NCBI RefSeq assembly: GCF_004010195.1
Contig: NC_057753.1
Location: 6,313,277-6,377,276 of the forward strand
Source of the DNA: Chiloscyllium plagiosum
Taxonomy: Eukaryota
Reading direction: 5' to 3'
DNA length: 64,000 nucleotides
The translations under genes were made by a program, and so were the position numbers. Below the pieces are notes generated by a model that did not search any database, was not told where the DNA came from, and was given only the letters and a program-made list of their open reading frames with translations. Shown here piece after piece: positions 38,456 through 51,397 of this stretch. Position 1 is the stretch's first letter, and each line of letters starts with the position of its first letter.

Positions 38456-38799
38456 CGATGGATAGGGAGAATTGTACGAGTTTATGTCATTTTCATAGAG
38501 AGGGATAGTAGTTAAAACTTTCAGAGCCATTTAGACAGGCACAGGAAGAGAAGGAAATACAGGGAAACGGGCCACGTGCAGACTCAGTTGATTACTTTAC
38601 GCTGGCATTGTGGTTGGCATGGCATGATGAGCCAAAAGCCTATTCCTGTGTTTTAATGCTCTATGCTCAAATTTCTATGACGAGGTTATGGAAGTAAGGA
38701 ATGTTACACAGAATCAGAACAAATAAGAGCACGTTATTAGCCATTCCTATTTAATCCTAGGAACGTGCGCCACTCCACCTCCATTCAGACAGTCTTTGT

Positions 38800-40225
38800 C
38801 GAATGGCACAGCAATAGGCCATTCGACCCAATCTGCACATGTCGACGAGGTGAAACTGCACGAATCAAATTTGCCTCCGTTTGACAGATATATCTTCACA
38901 GTTTCCTATGCATGTGCCCATACAGATGCTGTTTAAATGTTGTATTTGTGCTCGATTCTGTCAATTCATCTGCCAGCTCGTTTCATCTGTGTGAAAAAAA
39001 AAGTTGCCCCTCTTTTAACTTTTAGACATTCCCCTCTTATCTTAAGTCTCTGCTTTCTAGTTTTAGACCATCCTGCCGTTGTGGAAAAGACCTTGGCTGT
39101 TTACCTAATTTATGGATCTCATGATTTCATTGAACTCTAAAACGTGTGTCTTCGACTTCCTCCGCTTCAGAGAAAAAAAGTCCGAGCCTATTCAAAGTTT
39201 CCTCCTAAGTTAAATCTTTCAGCCTCATTATCATCCTTGTAAATATTTGTGTACCATTTCAAAAGCTTCTTTTGGAGGCTGAAAAGAATTGTTCGCAGTA
39301 GTTCAAATGTGGCCTTCCCAATGTCCTGTGCAGCTGAAACATGGCTTTCCAATGCTTGCACTCAATGCTTTGACTGATGAAGAGATGTGAATGAAACTCC
39401 TTATTCACCGACTTGTCCACTTGCGACGCCACTCTCGAGGAGCCCTGCATCTCTCTGTTCGGAAATACTCCCCGGGGTCCTAATACTAACTGTGCCAATG
39501 CCGCCCTGGTCTGTCTGACCAAAATGCAACAGATTGTATTTATGTAAATTGAATTGCAACTGCCATTCTTCAGGCTACTGGCCCAGTTAATCGAGGTTTT
39601 GATGAACTTTTAGATTAGATTCCCTAAAGTGTGGAAACAGCCCCTTCAGGCTAACAGGTCCACACTGACCCTCTGAAGAGCAACCCGCTCAGACCCATTT
39701 CCCTCGGACTAATGCAACTAACAACATGGGGAATTTGTCATCACAAATCCACCTGACCTTCACATCGTTTGACTTTAGACAAAATTCTTTACTGCGGCAG
39801 TAAACCACATTTTGGTAGCATTCACAGACTTGTCAACAGTGCTTCCTTTATTCTCATCCAAGGCATTTGCAAAAATGACTATGAACATAGGACGTAGCAC
39901 TGAATCTTATTTCGTACTGCTGGTGACATTCCTCCAGTCTGAAAGACAGATTTGTACTGCCTGTCTCTGTTCGGTGCCAACAGCGAATATTGTCTCCAGT
40001 TGCCAATTCTAGATGGATCCCATGCGACCTAAACTTAGTAACCAGTCGAATATGGGGAACATTTTTGAAAGCTTGGCTAAAATCCATGTAGGGTAGAGGC
40101 GATTTATCTTATTAAATGCGCATTTAGGCCTCCATAACTCCTCTTCTGTAGTATTTTGTCTTTGCAACACGTCAGTATTGAGTTTCCCGATTTCCTAACC
40201 TTCCAGGTCTTCCTCCAGTCCTATG
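38800..40225 (-). mobile_element. Decayed CR1 RT/3' region with an HE1 SINE fragment at about 39610-39775
   Basis: 'MDFSQAFKNVPHIRLVTKFRSHGI' (39854-40087) and 'LGRPHLNYCEQFFS' (39259-39522). Confidence 0.78.
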
Positions 40226-40227
40226 GC

Positions 40228-40900
40228 TGTGATGATATTATGTCTTTCGAAGGCCTGTTTAGTCCTTTCTTTTCGATGAGGAAGATTTTTTTCTACTAAA
40301 AAAAACCGAAGTGAAGAGCTGTCTGTTCGAATTTTAAAAAAAAGCAGATGCAATAGAGGCAGCCTCAAGGCGTGGAAGCAGACTCCCACAACACGAGTTT
40401 TTTTCATCTCAGCTTTCAATATCAGTTCGTAGCGCCTTCCAGCAGGATGTGGTAACTATTATTCCTCTTTCGGTTAAAAGATAACATTCTCCTTCTGCTG
40501 CTGCAATTACATGTGAGATCAACTATTTTATTGAATTTGCCTTTGTGAAGGGCTGTTATAGAATGATACTATATTAAAGTAGGTAATTCTTTGTAATTAT
40601 TTTTCTCTATCTCAATTATCGTGTATACATGTTGTTTTTTTTTACTCCTCGAAGTTTTTCCAGTTGAAGTGTATTCATAACACAGCAACATACACTTACT
40701 GTCAAAACATTAAAAGTAGCTACGGTCTAGTCTGTCTTCTTCGCATGTTTTTAGGAGTTTCGATCTGTTGCATGACATTCTTCTATCTATTTTCAAGGCG
40801 GCAACTTTTGTATCTCCAGTCATTCCCTGTTCCATACTCCAGCCAACTGTGCCCTTCACACTAATTGGAACTTGCTGGCCCTGAACTCTCATCCTCGCAG
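40228..40900 (+). mobile_element. Possible decayed solo LTR
   Basis: TGTGATGAT start similar to the minus-strand element at 1376; non-coding; the 3' end is not clearly defined. Confidence 0.3.
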
Positions 40901-40999
40901 GCTAAAATCCCAAACTAAATAAGTAAAATTGTCCAGTTCTCTATTGTACTCTGCTTTCGGAGAGACTGTCATTAGCACCACTAAGTCATGAAGAATAAG

Positions 41000-41800
41000 T
41001 AGTTATGACGAAGACATGGTGGCACAGTCAGCAATCCAAATGAAACAACTTGCTCCCATAGGCCTTATCCATTGTGTGACAGCCTACGATCCAGTTTGCC
41101 AAATGTTTCTGTCAGGATAGTTAAACGCCCCGATTCCGGTTGTCAAGGCACTTATCCGCCACATAAAAACGCCTATGTGACCAATCAAATGACCCTATGT
41201 GCTTCGAAAATGCTTCAAATGATTTAGCAAAAAACATTTTTCGAGCCAGAGAATGCACTTGTGATTAGGCAAAGATCCTTATCCAGTCTCTCAAAGGCTC
41301 CTATTCAGAACAAAATCCCCCTTCCCGTCACTCAAAGTCTAACTTAGTCTTTCAAGAAATTGAACAAACGACGTCAGCTCCTGAGGGGTCTCAACAAGGA
41401 CGCAATCTGACAAGCAAAATGCACCAATCTGTTCGGTGATAGGCTCTCATCCAATGTGACAAAGGCAACTCTTCACTCACGTAGAGATCCCAATTTGAAC
41501 TGTCAAAATTCTCTGTCCATTCTAAAAAGGACAATTGTCTAATCTGACCAAAGACTCTGTGCAGTCTTTCGAAGAGCACTGTTCAGTCATCAAACATCCC
41601 CATTCAGCAACAAACACACCATTCATACTGTCGAATGTGTATATTTGGACATAATGCAACATACCTAATACGCCTGTCTGCTCTTACTAAGGCCACTATT
41701 GGGTTCATTCAAATAAAACCACATAACCAGCCCGTGAAAGGCGCCAATCCACCCTGATCAAGTCACTATCAGGTCTATCAAAAGTACCCAAGCACTTGGG
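41000..41800. repeat. Very diverged, about 20-22-bp tandem array
   Basis: caaagatccttatccagtctct / caaaggctcctattcagaa / caaaatcccccttcccgtcact / caaagtctaacttagtcttt at 41270-41352. Confidence 0.45.
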
Positions 41801-42176
41801 ATAAAAAAAAAAAGATTTGAAGCCTTATATCCAGACCTAAGGTATGGACACTACCACTGCGCTACAAGAGGAACCGCTAATGTGAGCGAAGAAAAGCCCC
41901 TTGCTAACCTTTCAAAGGCAGATATCCGTTCTGAAAATGCCCCAACACGTTAGTCAAAGACCTTTCACTGCTCCAAGACTTCCGCCACGTGACTGGACAA
42001 AGGGACTTCTCCAGTTTTTCTGAGGCAGTGATATCATCAGTCACAGTCACCCTTTTCACGACCAAGGAGCTGAACGAATAGGTCCTGCTGATTCCTGTAA
42101 GATAGTTAAAGGGCTGAATGCGCCTCTTGTGCCTCTCCATGTTGGACTTAAGTGGTGTCATGGCATCCTGTGTTGT

Positions 42177-42370
42177 ACAAGGTCAAAAATGAAAACGCAC
42201 CAAGTTATAGTCCAACAGCTTATTCAAAAAGTCTTTCGGAGCCTTGCAGTAGCGAAGAGCGAGGTTTCGAAAGGGATTTCTTTTTTTTCAAATAAGCCTG
42301 TTGCATTATAAACTAATGTTGTGTGATTTTCGACCTTGTCTATCCCAGTCTGAGAGAAGCAATTCCACAT
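42177..42370. mobile_element. Old palindromic Penelope pLTR-only insertion
   Basis: acaaggtcaaaaa..tatagtccaacagcttattcaaa is inverted against ttcaaataagcctgttgcattataa..ttttcgaccttgt; similar to the pLTR at 54500-54590. Confidence 0.6.
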
Positions 42371-43220
42371 TGCGTGTCGTGTTTGCAATAGGTTTCAGTG
42401 CTGAATGTCCTTTTTTTACTGTATAAAAGCTCCCAGCAATCGATAAGCTACCTCATTCTGCTTTGACAGACCAAATAGGGACCTTTGCCATCACACGCAA
42501 GGCTTTACACGACTTGGCATGAACTTTACCAAAGCTGTTTCAGTCCTTTTTAACAGTCACAAAGGACCGAATGGCTTCTTCCCATTTCCCTAAAGCCATT
42601 ACATAGATGAATAGGCTGTTGTTGCAGAATAACAGTACCACTCATGTATTTGGAACAAGAATAGGGCAATAACACCATCGATCTTGTTCTAATAATCAAA
42701 ACTGTCATGTTTGGTTTGCGTGTGATCACAACTCCATTTTTCTAGCTTCCTCAGAAACCTTGAATTCATCATCGAATAAAAATAACCGAGCTGAAATACC
42801 AGATCCTGAATAATATCTGAGGGACGACATTCTTTCCCAACATTTCCCGAAATCGTAAGGAACTCATTTGTGAACAGAGTTCTCAAATTATATGACCCTT
42901 TCCTTCAAACTTGTAAGCATCGTCACAAGGATACTCCCTGTCAAAACTCAGTCGGTTTCATGTAGGCTTCATTAAGATCAGGCCTTGTTTTGGCGAACTG
43001 TGTCTGTTGGGTGAATAATGTCCAACCTTTTCTGATAATATAAACACTTTGTCATCCATTTTTTTTAAAGAACCTTCACTGAATTGTATTCAGTGGAGGC
43101 TGATTCCGTCTCAAGTATAGATACCAAAGTTACACATTCGAAACCAGACGGGCCGTATCTGAAACTCTGTAAAACTACAGTGATAACTCCCTGCGCTGAT
43201 AAAACATTTCCTTTGCAAAG

Positions 43221-43880
43221 TAGAACATAGAACATAAAACAGTAGAGCATAAAACGGGCCCTGTGGCCCACGATTTTGGGCCGAACATTGCGACAAATTA
43301 AACTAAACCCTTCTGCCTGTCCTTCGTCCATATCTCTGGTTTCCAAACATATTCATGTCCAGATGAAAAAGTTCCTGAAACGCCACAATGGTTTCTGTCA
43401 AGCTTCCACCAAACATGACAGCTCGTTAGATAGCCCTACCACTCTGTGTAAAAAAAGAACCTCTGAGTCTTTTACTCCATACCCCAAACAATAAAGGCTA
43501 GCGTGCCAGCCAACTCATTTACCAACCAATCTACGTGTGTGGTAACTTTCAGGGAGTAATGAAGTTGAACACCTAGATCCCTTTTTACATTAATGCTGTT
43601 TAGGATCCTGCCACTAAATGTGTACATTTCCTTAACATTTGATCTACCAAAGGACAGCACGTCATATTTATCCTGATTAAACTCCATCTGCCATTTCCTG
43701 GCTCTATCTCTAACTGACTTACATCCTGACATATCCTTTGATCACCTTCGACACAATCCACGAGACTACTGATCTTTGTGTCGTTTGAAAACCTACTAAC
43801 CACCCATCTGCGTTTTCATTCAAGTCATTCACATATACCACGAACAGCAGAGGTAACAGTCTGTGATTCTCTGGAACATC
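43221..43880 (-). mobile_element. CR1 LINE RT and 3' end with an internal deletion
   Basis: (AGAACAT) tail; 'KWQMEFNQDKYDVLSFG..RDLGVQLH', 'LLFVVYVNDL', 'SRFSNDTK'. Confidence 0.85.
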
Positions 43881-44295
43881 TCTCGTCTCGGATCTCCAGC
43901 ACATGGGGACAGAATGGTATCCTCCTGTTCCTGAATAAGTCGCAATACGCTGAATGGTGTTCCATGGTTATGAAAGGATTGGAAAAACGACAATTAAACG
44001 TTCAGAATTACTATGTTTCACCAACGAGGAAGAAACATTTTTGCCTTGGATTCTGGCCGATATAAATTTTCTGAAGGTAATTTCATGCACTGGCTTGTAT
44101 TTCCTGGTTTTATCCTTGCGTCTTTCTATATGCGGGGCGGGATATATACAATCCTGCGGTCCCCCAGAACTACCCCAGATCAAACGTGGATTTGACATTA
44201 AGAGTTAGTTTCTCAGTCATTTCCACCATTCCTCCCTTAACAAACCCCCCTCATAAATCTCATCAAAATAGAGTAATTATTCACATTTATTGTGT

Positions 44296-44302
44296 TATAA
44301 AA
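44296..44302 (+). promoter_or_regulatory. Candidate TATA box upstream of the GPCR exon 1
   Basis: TATAAAA about 250 bp upstream of the first ATG. The context is AT-rich, so a chance match is plausible. Confidence 0.2.
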
Positions 44303-44585
44303 ATTGCTGTTTCGAAAGAGGTTAAATGAACCTGTTTGTTCAATGTGATTAATGTCAATCGCTGCGGATTCAGGTTGTCTCATTATAGGGTTTCGCTCTT
44401 CTTTAGAAAATGTCTCATTTTTAAGTGTTATCCCACAGTATCAGTGGGAGCATCATCTCCAACACTAACAAATACCAAGAGTTCCAGAAAGAGGAGAGTG
44501 GAGAGTTCAAAATCTGGGATAAATTGAGTAAAATATTCCGACAATGGTCCAGAATCTCTGAACAGTAGACTGGAATGTTTCAACA

Positions 44586-44724
44586 ATGGCGAGGGGTTTA
44601 TCTGAGCTTGTTTGGATTATTTCTACATATTATGATTGGATGTCACCATCAGTGCGGACAGAATATGCCCTTGCTATAATTCAATATTTTTATTATCCCA
44701 TCCTGGCTATTTTTGGTGTCCCTG
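44586..44724 (+). CDS. Exon 1 of a GPR139/GPR142-like class A GPCR (N-terminus and first half of TM1); exon 2 not found in the window
   Basis: MARGLSELVWIISTYYDWMSPSVRTEYALAIIQYFYYPILAIFGVP followed by a phase-1 donor G|GTAAGT at 44725. The YY..L...G.P motif with a phase-1 intron matches GPR139-family gene structure. Confidence 0.75.
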
Positions 44725-46765
44725 GTAAGTCTTACTATAGAATTACTTCTATAAAGCATGATCACTAAGATCTTTTACCATTACTTTATATATTTATATT
44801 TATTATATATTTATATTTATTGTATCCCACTAACCACCCCGCCGATACTGTTGTTCAGCTGAGAATCTACAGTCAGTTCTGTATTATATAACTCATTAAT
44901 AATCGTGAAGCTGTCATTTTCTCTCTCTGTCTTTGCTTTGGTAATGCCTACGTGGTTCTCAAAATTCAGCGGTTTGGTTTCTGCTGTAAATCACTATTTA
45001 TAATATTTCGGTCCTGTTCTGTTCATAAATTGCATTCCCGTCCTCATAATCCATTCCACTCCTGGCCGACATGTGAGGCTGGAAGAGTGTGCTCATAACA
45101 GTGGAGATCCTTTTGACCCTGAGGTGATTTCTCTTCAGATGTACTGATTTTTCTGATCTACACTGATTTTCAGAATATCATGCATTTGATGAGCCCATCT
45201 TACATTTAAACGCAGAACTATGAAATGTAGATTCATTAATCTCTGCAATCTACTGGCTATAGTCCCAGGGTCAAAAACTGCAGAACAAAATTTCCATCAA
45301 AACTCACTGCCTAGTTTGACAGCTCATACTAAACTTCATTCCCCCGGTCACTCCTATGATCAATGATCTCTATTGTTGTTGGCTCTGGCAATGCCTTCAC
45401 TTTAAGTTTTCAAACGCGTGGTCACATTCATCCCTCGATCTATGTCTGTCTTTTATTCAAAACCTGTAAATTTATAAAATTTCACAGGCACTTCGGTCTT
45501 CGATATTGCGCCGACCTGTGGAAACAATCTGAAACCCATTTAACCTACATTATTACGTTTTATTTTTACCTATGTTTATCCAATGATCATTTTAATGTGC
45601 ATAAAGTTGACGGGTCTACTACTGTTGCAGGCAATGTGTTCCACGCCCCAACTACGCCCTGAGTAAGAAAAACCCTCTGTCATTGTCGTATATCTATCAG
45701 CCATCAATTTAAACCTGGGTCCCATCGAGCAAGCCATCACCATCCGAGGAAACAAGACTACCGCTGGCCAACCTATGTCAACCCCTCATTGTCTAATATG
45801 ACTCAATTAAGCCACCTCTCAACCTTCTTATCTCGAACGAAAACAGTCTCTCGTCCCTCAGCCTTTAGTCATAAGACATTCCTTCTAAAACATCCCAGTT
45901 AATCTCCTCTGAACCCTTGGAAACCTTCCACATTCTTCCTGTAGTACGCTGTTCAAAATTGTATGCAATTCTGCAAGTGCAGCGCAACAGAGTTTTGTAC
46001 AGCTGCAGCATGGCCTCAAGGTTCCGAAACTCAACTCATCTACCAAGAAAAGCCTTCTTAACAACCCTTTCAGCCTGGCTGACAACTTTCAGGCATCTAT
46101 GTACATGGACACCGAGATCTCTCTGCATATCTGTACTACCAAGAATCTTGGTACCATGGTAGAATGGTGCACTACCATTAGCCCAGTCCTCTTTATTCCT
46201 TTTGCTCCTTACAGAGTGAATCACCTCAAACATTTCCACATCAAACTCATTTTGTCACCTCTCAACCCAGCTCTACATTTTAGCTATGTCCCTCTGTAAC
46301 CTACAACATCTTTCAGCACTATCCACAACTCTATCGACCTTAGTGTCACCGACAAACTTACGAACCCATGCTTCTACGCCCTCATCCAGGTCATTTGTGA
46401 AAAAAAATGAGAGACAACAGAGGCTACAAAACACACCCTTGCTATGCACCACATTAACTGAACTCCACGATGAACGTTTCCCATTAACAAGAACCCTCTG
46501 TCTTCTATCACAAAGCTAATTTCTGATCAAAACCTCTGAATCACCAAGAATTCCATCACTTAGATTTTTTTTTTTGCAATAGCCTACCTTGGGAAAATTC
46601 TTACTTAAATCCATTTACATCATGTCAACAAAAATACCCCGTTCCAACTGTTTGGTCACCTGCTCAAAGAACTCAAAAAGGTCTTTGAGGCAAGGCATAC
46701 TCTTCACAAAACAGTGTTGACTACAAGAAAACACATTATCCTGTTCTAGGTGATTATGGACGCGT

Positions 46766-47075
46766 GGGCAGCACAGTGGCATAGTGGTTAGCACTCCTGT
46801 CTCACTGCTGCGCCAGAGACCCGAGTTCAATTCCCGCCTCAGCCAACTGTCTGTGTGGAGTCTACACGTGTCTGTGTGGGTTTCCACCGGGTGCTCCGAT
46901 TTCCTCCCACAGTCCAAAAATGTTCAGGTTGGCTAAATTAGCCATAATCAATTTCCCGTAGTGTTTTGCAAAGGGATAAATTTAGGGGAATAGGTCTGGG
47001 TGGGTTGTTCTTCAGAGAGCCGGTGTGGTCTTGTGGGGCTGAAAGTCCTGTTTCCACACTGTAAGTAATCTAATC
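46766..47075 (+). mobile_element. HE1-type SINE, full length
   Basis: A box gtggcatagtggttagc, B box gagttcaattccc, HE1 core, tail ccacactgtaagtaatctaatc. Confidence 0.92.
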
Positions 47076-49348
47076 ATAAATCTTATCTATTTTAACATTT
47101 TCCAACGGTTTCCCAAAACTGACGTAAGGCTCACTGGTGTGCAATTACTAGGGATGCTTCTAATCTTCTTCTTGAGCAAGGAGACTACATTTGCTATCCT
47201 CCAGTCATCTGCCATTATGCCTGTAGACAATGACGATATAAAGATCAAAGACAAAGTCTCTGCAATCTACGCCCCAGCTTCGCAGTGAATCTGAGGATAA
47301 ACCCCATTCGGCGCAGTGGACTTATTTTCCATACATTTTCCGGAAATGCTAACGCATCCTCCTTGTTCACCTCAATCAGTTTAGTATAATGACCTGATTC
47401 TCACTATTCTTCTCGGCAACATTGTATTTTTCCAGTGTGAATACTGGCGAGAGATGTTCATTTCTCACTTTCCCTATTTCCCTGGACTACTTTCCACGAC
47501 TATATTTGATTGGCCATAATATTTCACTTGCCATTCCTTTATTTCCTGTATACCAATACAAAGCCTTAGCTCCTTCTTGATCTTATCTGCCAACAACTTC
47601 TCATGCACCCTCCTTACTCTTCTTACCTTTCTCTTTAGGCCTTTCCTTGCCATCCTGTAACTCTCAAGCGCCCAAACTGAACCATCACGTTTCACCTTTA
47701 CATAAGCCTGCTTCTTCCTCTTGATAAGAGATTCAACGTGCTGGGTAAACAACGGCTTGCTCGCAGGTAAATACATATCAAGGACACACAGTAGTTGTTC
47801 CTTGAATAAGGTCCACATTTCGATTGTGTCCATCCCCTGCAGTTTCCTTGACCATCCTATGCAACCTAAGATTTCCCAGACGTATCATAATTGCCTTTCC
47901 CCCAGTTCTAACTCTTGCCATGCGATACATACCATTCCCTTTCCATCGCTAAAATAAACATAACCAGATTGTGGTTTCTATCAACCAAGTGCTCAACTAC
48001 GTTCAAATCTAACACCTGGCAGGGTTCGTTAACCAATACCGATTTCAATGTGGCAGCGCCCCTTGTTGGCCTGTCTAAATACGGTGTCAGGAAACACTCG
48101 TGCACGTATTGGACAAAAACTGACTCATCTAAAGTACGCGAAATAAAGTATTTCCAACCAATATTTGGAAAGTTCAAGTTTTCCCAACTATTACTCTGTT
48201 AATCTCGCTCCTATCCAGAATCATCTTTGCTATCCTTTAGTCTACATCTGTTGAACAATTGGAAGGTTTATGGAAAACGCCCAACAGTGTGAACTCTTCC
48301 TTCCTCTTTCTAACCTTATCCGATCATACCTCAGGAGATGAACCCTAAAAGGTCCTGTCTGCCGCTGTGACACTGTCTTGACTAACAATGGCACTCCTCT
48401 CCCTCTTTTTCTATCGTCTCTATTCTTAATAAAACATCTAAACTCCGGAACCTGCAGCAAACATTCTTGTCCCTGCTCATTTATGTCTCCACAACTTCGA
48501 CGACATTGAAGTCCCAGCTAACAAACCAAGCTGCAAGTTGATTCAACTTATTCTGGATGCACCTGCATTGACGTAGACACACTTCAAACCACTTTCTTCC
48601 TTGCCGGTGCACTCTTGCAACATTGATACGTTATTTATGACCTCACGATCTCAACATTCTGGGCACTGGAACTTCATTTTAGTTTCCTACGCCTCTTGTG
48701 AATTAGTTTCTCCCTCACAAAAAGCATTAGTTAATTTCGCCCCCCACGGTATTAGTGCCCCTCTAATTCGGGTGTATAAAATTCTGTTTGCAGAGGTACC
48801 ACCTACCCCAGAATGAGTCCCATTTATCTAGACATCCGAAATGCTTCCTACTGCACCATTCCTGTAGCCATATGTTCAACTCGACTCTCTCCCTATTCCG
48901 CAACTCGCTAGCACGGGACACGGGTAACAAATCAAAGAAAACAGTTGAATTTGTTCCAGCTCCAAGCTTTCACCCTTGCTCCCTAAATTTCTGCCTTATA
49001 TACACACCCTCTTTCCTAACTATGCCGTTAATACCTAAGTGGACCACGACTTGGGGCTGCTCTCTCTCCCCCTCAAAGAGCCCGACAACACAGTCCAAGA
49101 CATGCTGGACCCTGGCACCTGAGACGCAACACATAACTGTCAGTCTTCCTCGTTTCCGCAGATGCTCATATCTGTCCCCATAACTATGGAGTCGCCAATA
49201 TCTAAACCTCTGCTTCTTTCCCCCGATTCCCTTCTGAGCCACAGAGACAGGCTCGGTGACAAAGATCTCAACCCCTGGCTTATCCATGTTAAGTCGTTAT
49301 CCCTCCACCAACCCAAACCCTATAGCAGTATCCAAAACGGCATGATCT

Positions 49349-49511
49349 CTGCACTGCCTGTTCCCTTTCCGCCCCCTGACTGCACCCCATCCTCCTTTTC
49401 CTTGTACCTGAGTTGTGACTACCTCTCACTCTGAACTGTCTGCCAGTCCCTTTCCGGACCCTGACTGCAACCCAACCTCCTTTCCTTGTACCTCAGGTGT
49501 GACTACCTCTC
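49349..49511. repeat. About 84-bp tandem duplication inside CR1 ORF1
   Basis: gactacctctc at 49417 and 49501. Confidence 0.85.
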
Positions 49512-49645
49512 GGTAAAACCTCTCAATAATCCCCTCCGTTCCCTGAGTATTCCGAAGTTTATCTAGCTCACACTTCAGTTCCTTAACCCAGTTTTCGAAG
49601 AAGTGGGTTTGTGTGCATTTTCAGCAGAAGAAGTCAGCAGAGACA

Positions 49646-50405
49646 TATATACACCTATACAATGTATTCGCCAAAAACGGATACCCCCGCAATTTCATCA
49701 ACAGATGCCTAAGGGAAAGACAATCGAATGAGGACATGCCACAACCCCAAGGACTAGTCACACTACCATACTTCAAAAACATTTCTGAACTGACAGCCAA
49801 ACTACTGCGACCACTAGGACTCATAACAGCACAAAAACCAGCAGCCACTCTCAGACAACAACTCACTGGGACGAAGGACCCGATACCCTGAATGAGCAAA
49901 ACCAATGTAGTGTACAAAATCCCATGCAAGGACTGCACAAAACACTACATAGGACAAAGAGGAAGACAGCTAACGATCCGCATCCATGAACACCAACTAG
50001 CCACGAAACGACATGACCAGATATCCTTGGTAGCCACTCTCGGATGACAAGCAACATGAGTTCGTCTGGGACAACACTACTATTATAGGACAAGCCAAAC
50101 AGGGAACAGCCAGGGAAGTCCTCCAGGCATGGCACTCATCCACAAATTCAATCAATAAGCACATCGACCAGGACCCAATATACTGGCCACTGCAGCGGAC
50201 AGCTGGAACTGACAACCAGAAGCGACAGATAGAAATCACTATAAATGCCGGAGGAAACATCACAGAAGCGCTTCACAGGAGGATCCCAAGCACTGAGGAT
50301 GTCAGCTAAACAGGGGACGAAACGTCTGCAACACAAATTCCCAGCTCGGTGAACAGAACCACAACAACGAGCACCCGAGCTACAAATCTTCTCCCAAACC
50401 TTGAA
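49646..50405 (+). mobile_element. Penelope-like element 3' part (GIY-YIG and pLTR) with an 11-bp TSD
   Basis: 'LYNVFAKNGYPRNFI..TLPYFKNISE..NVVYKIPCKDCTKHYIGQRGRQL..RIHEH'; TSD cagcagagaca at 49635-49645 and 50406-50416. Confidence 0.92.
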
Positions 50406-51397
50406 CAGCAGAGACACTGTTGGTTAAACTTACATTTTTCCAGAGGAATATTCATCTGGCCTAACCTCCATTCCCACTATTCTAAATTTCCAAAGACACT
50501 ATCAGAAAATAACAAAACAAATTTAGTAACTTTCCAATCCAGAACACCGGGCATAAGAGAAAGACAATGGAACGAGGACATGCCGCAACCCAAAGGACTA
50601 GCCACACTACCATACATCAGGAGCATTTCAGAACTGACAGCCAGACTACTGCGACCACTAGGACTTATAACAGCACACAAACCAACAGCCACCCTCAGAC
50701 AACAACTCACCAGAACGAAGGACCCGATACCCAGCATGAGCAAAACCAATGTAGTGTACAAAATCCCATGCAAGGACTGCACAAAACACTACATAGGACA
50801 AAGAGGAAGACAGCTAACGATCCGCATCCATGAACACCAACTAGCCACGAAACGACATGACCAGCTATACTTAGTAGCCACATACTCAGATGACAAGTAA
50901 CATGAGTTCGTCTGGGACAACACTACTATTATAGGACAAGCCAAACAGAGAACAGCCAGGGAAGTCCTCCAGGCATGGCACTCATCCACAGATTCAATCA
51001 ATAAGCACATCGACCAGGACCCAATATACCGGACACTGCAGCGGACAGCTGGAACTGACAACCGGAAGCAACAGACAGAAATCACTATAAATGCCGGAGG
51101 AAACATCACAGAAGCGCTTCACAGGAGGATCCCAAGCACTGAGGATATCAGCTAAACAGGGGACGAAACGTCTGCAACACAAATTCCCAGCTCGGTGAAC
51201 AGAACCACAACAACGAGCACCCGAGCTACAAATCTTCTCCCAAACTTTGAACAGCAGAGACACTGTTGGTAAACTTACATTTTTCCAGAGGAATATTCAT
51301 CTGGCCTAACCTCCATTCCCACTATTCTAAATTTCCAAAGACACTATCAGAAAATAACAAAATAAATCTAGTTAACTTTCCAATCCAGAACACCGGA
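49710..51397. repeat. About 845-bp direct tandem duplication of the Penelope segment plus its CR1 flank
   Basis: gaaagacaat at 49715 and 50559; both units end ccagaacaccgg. Confidence 0.95.
50290..50329 (+). ncRNA. Minimal hammerhead ribozyme motif (PLE pLTR); duplicate at 51136-51175
   Basis: GCA-CUGAGGA-U-GUC-loop-GAC-GAAAC-GUC-UGC; stem I GCA/UGC. Confidence 0.75.

Noticed and set aside
44559..44561. In-frame TGA as selenocysteine or readthrough
   Set aside because: No 3' UTR or SECIS can be seen, and I know of no precedent in this family; a nonsense change or uORF is simpler.
46766..46840. tRNA gene (A and B boxes)
   Set aside because: It is the head of an HE1-type SINE, continuing into the SINE core and LINE-like tail.
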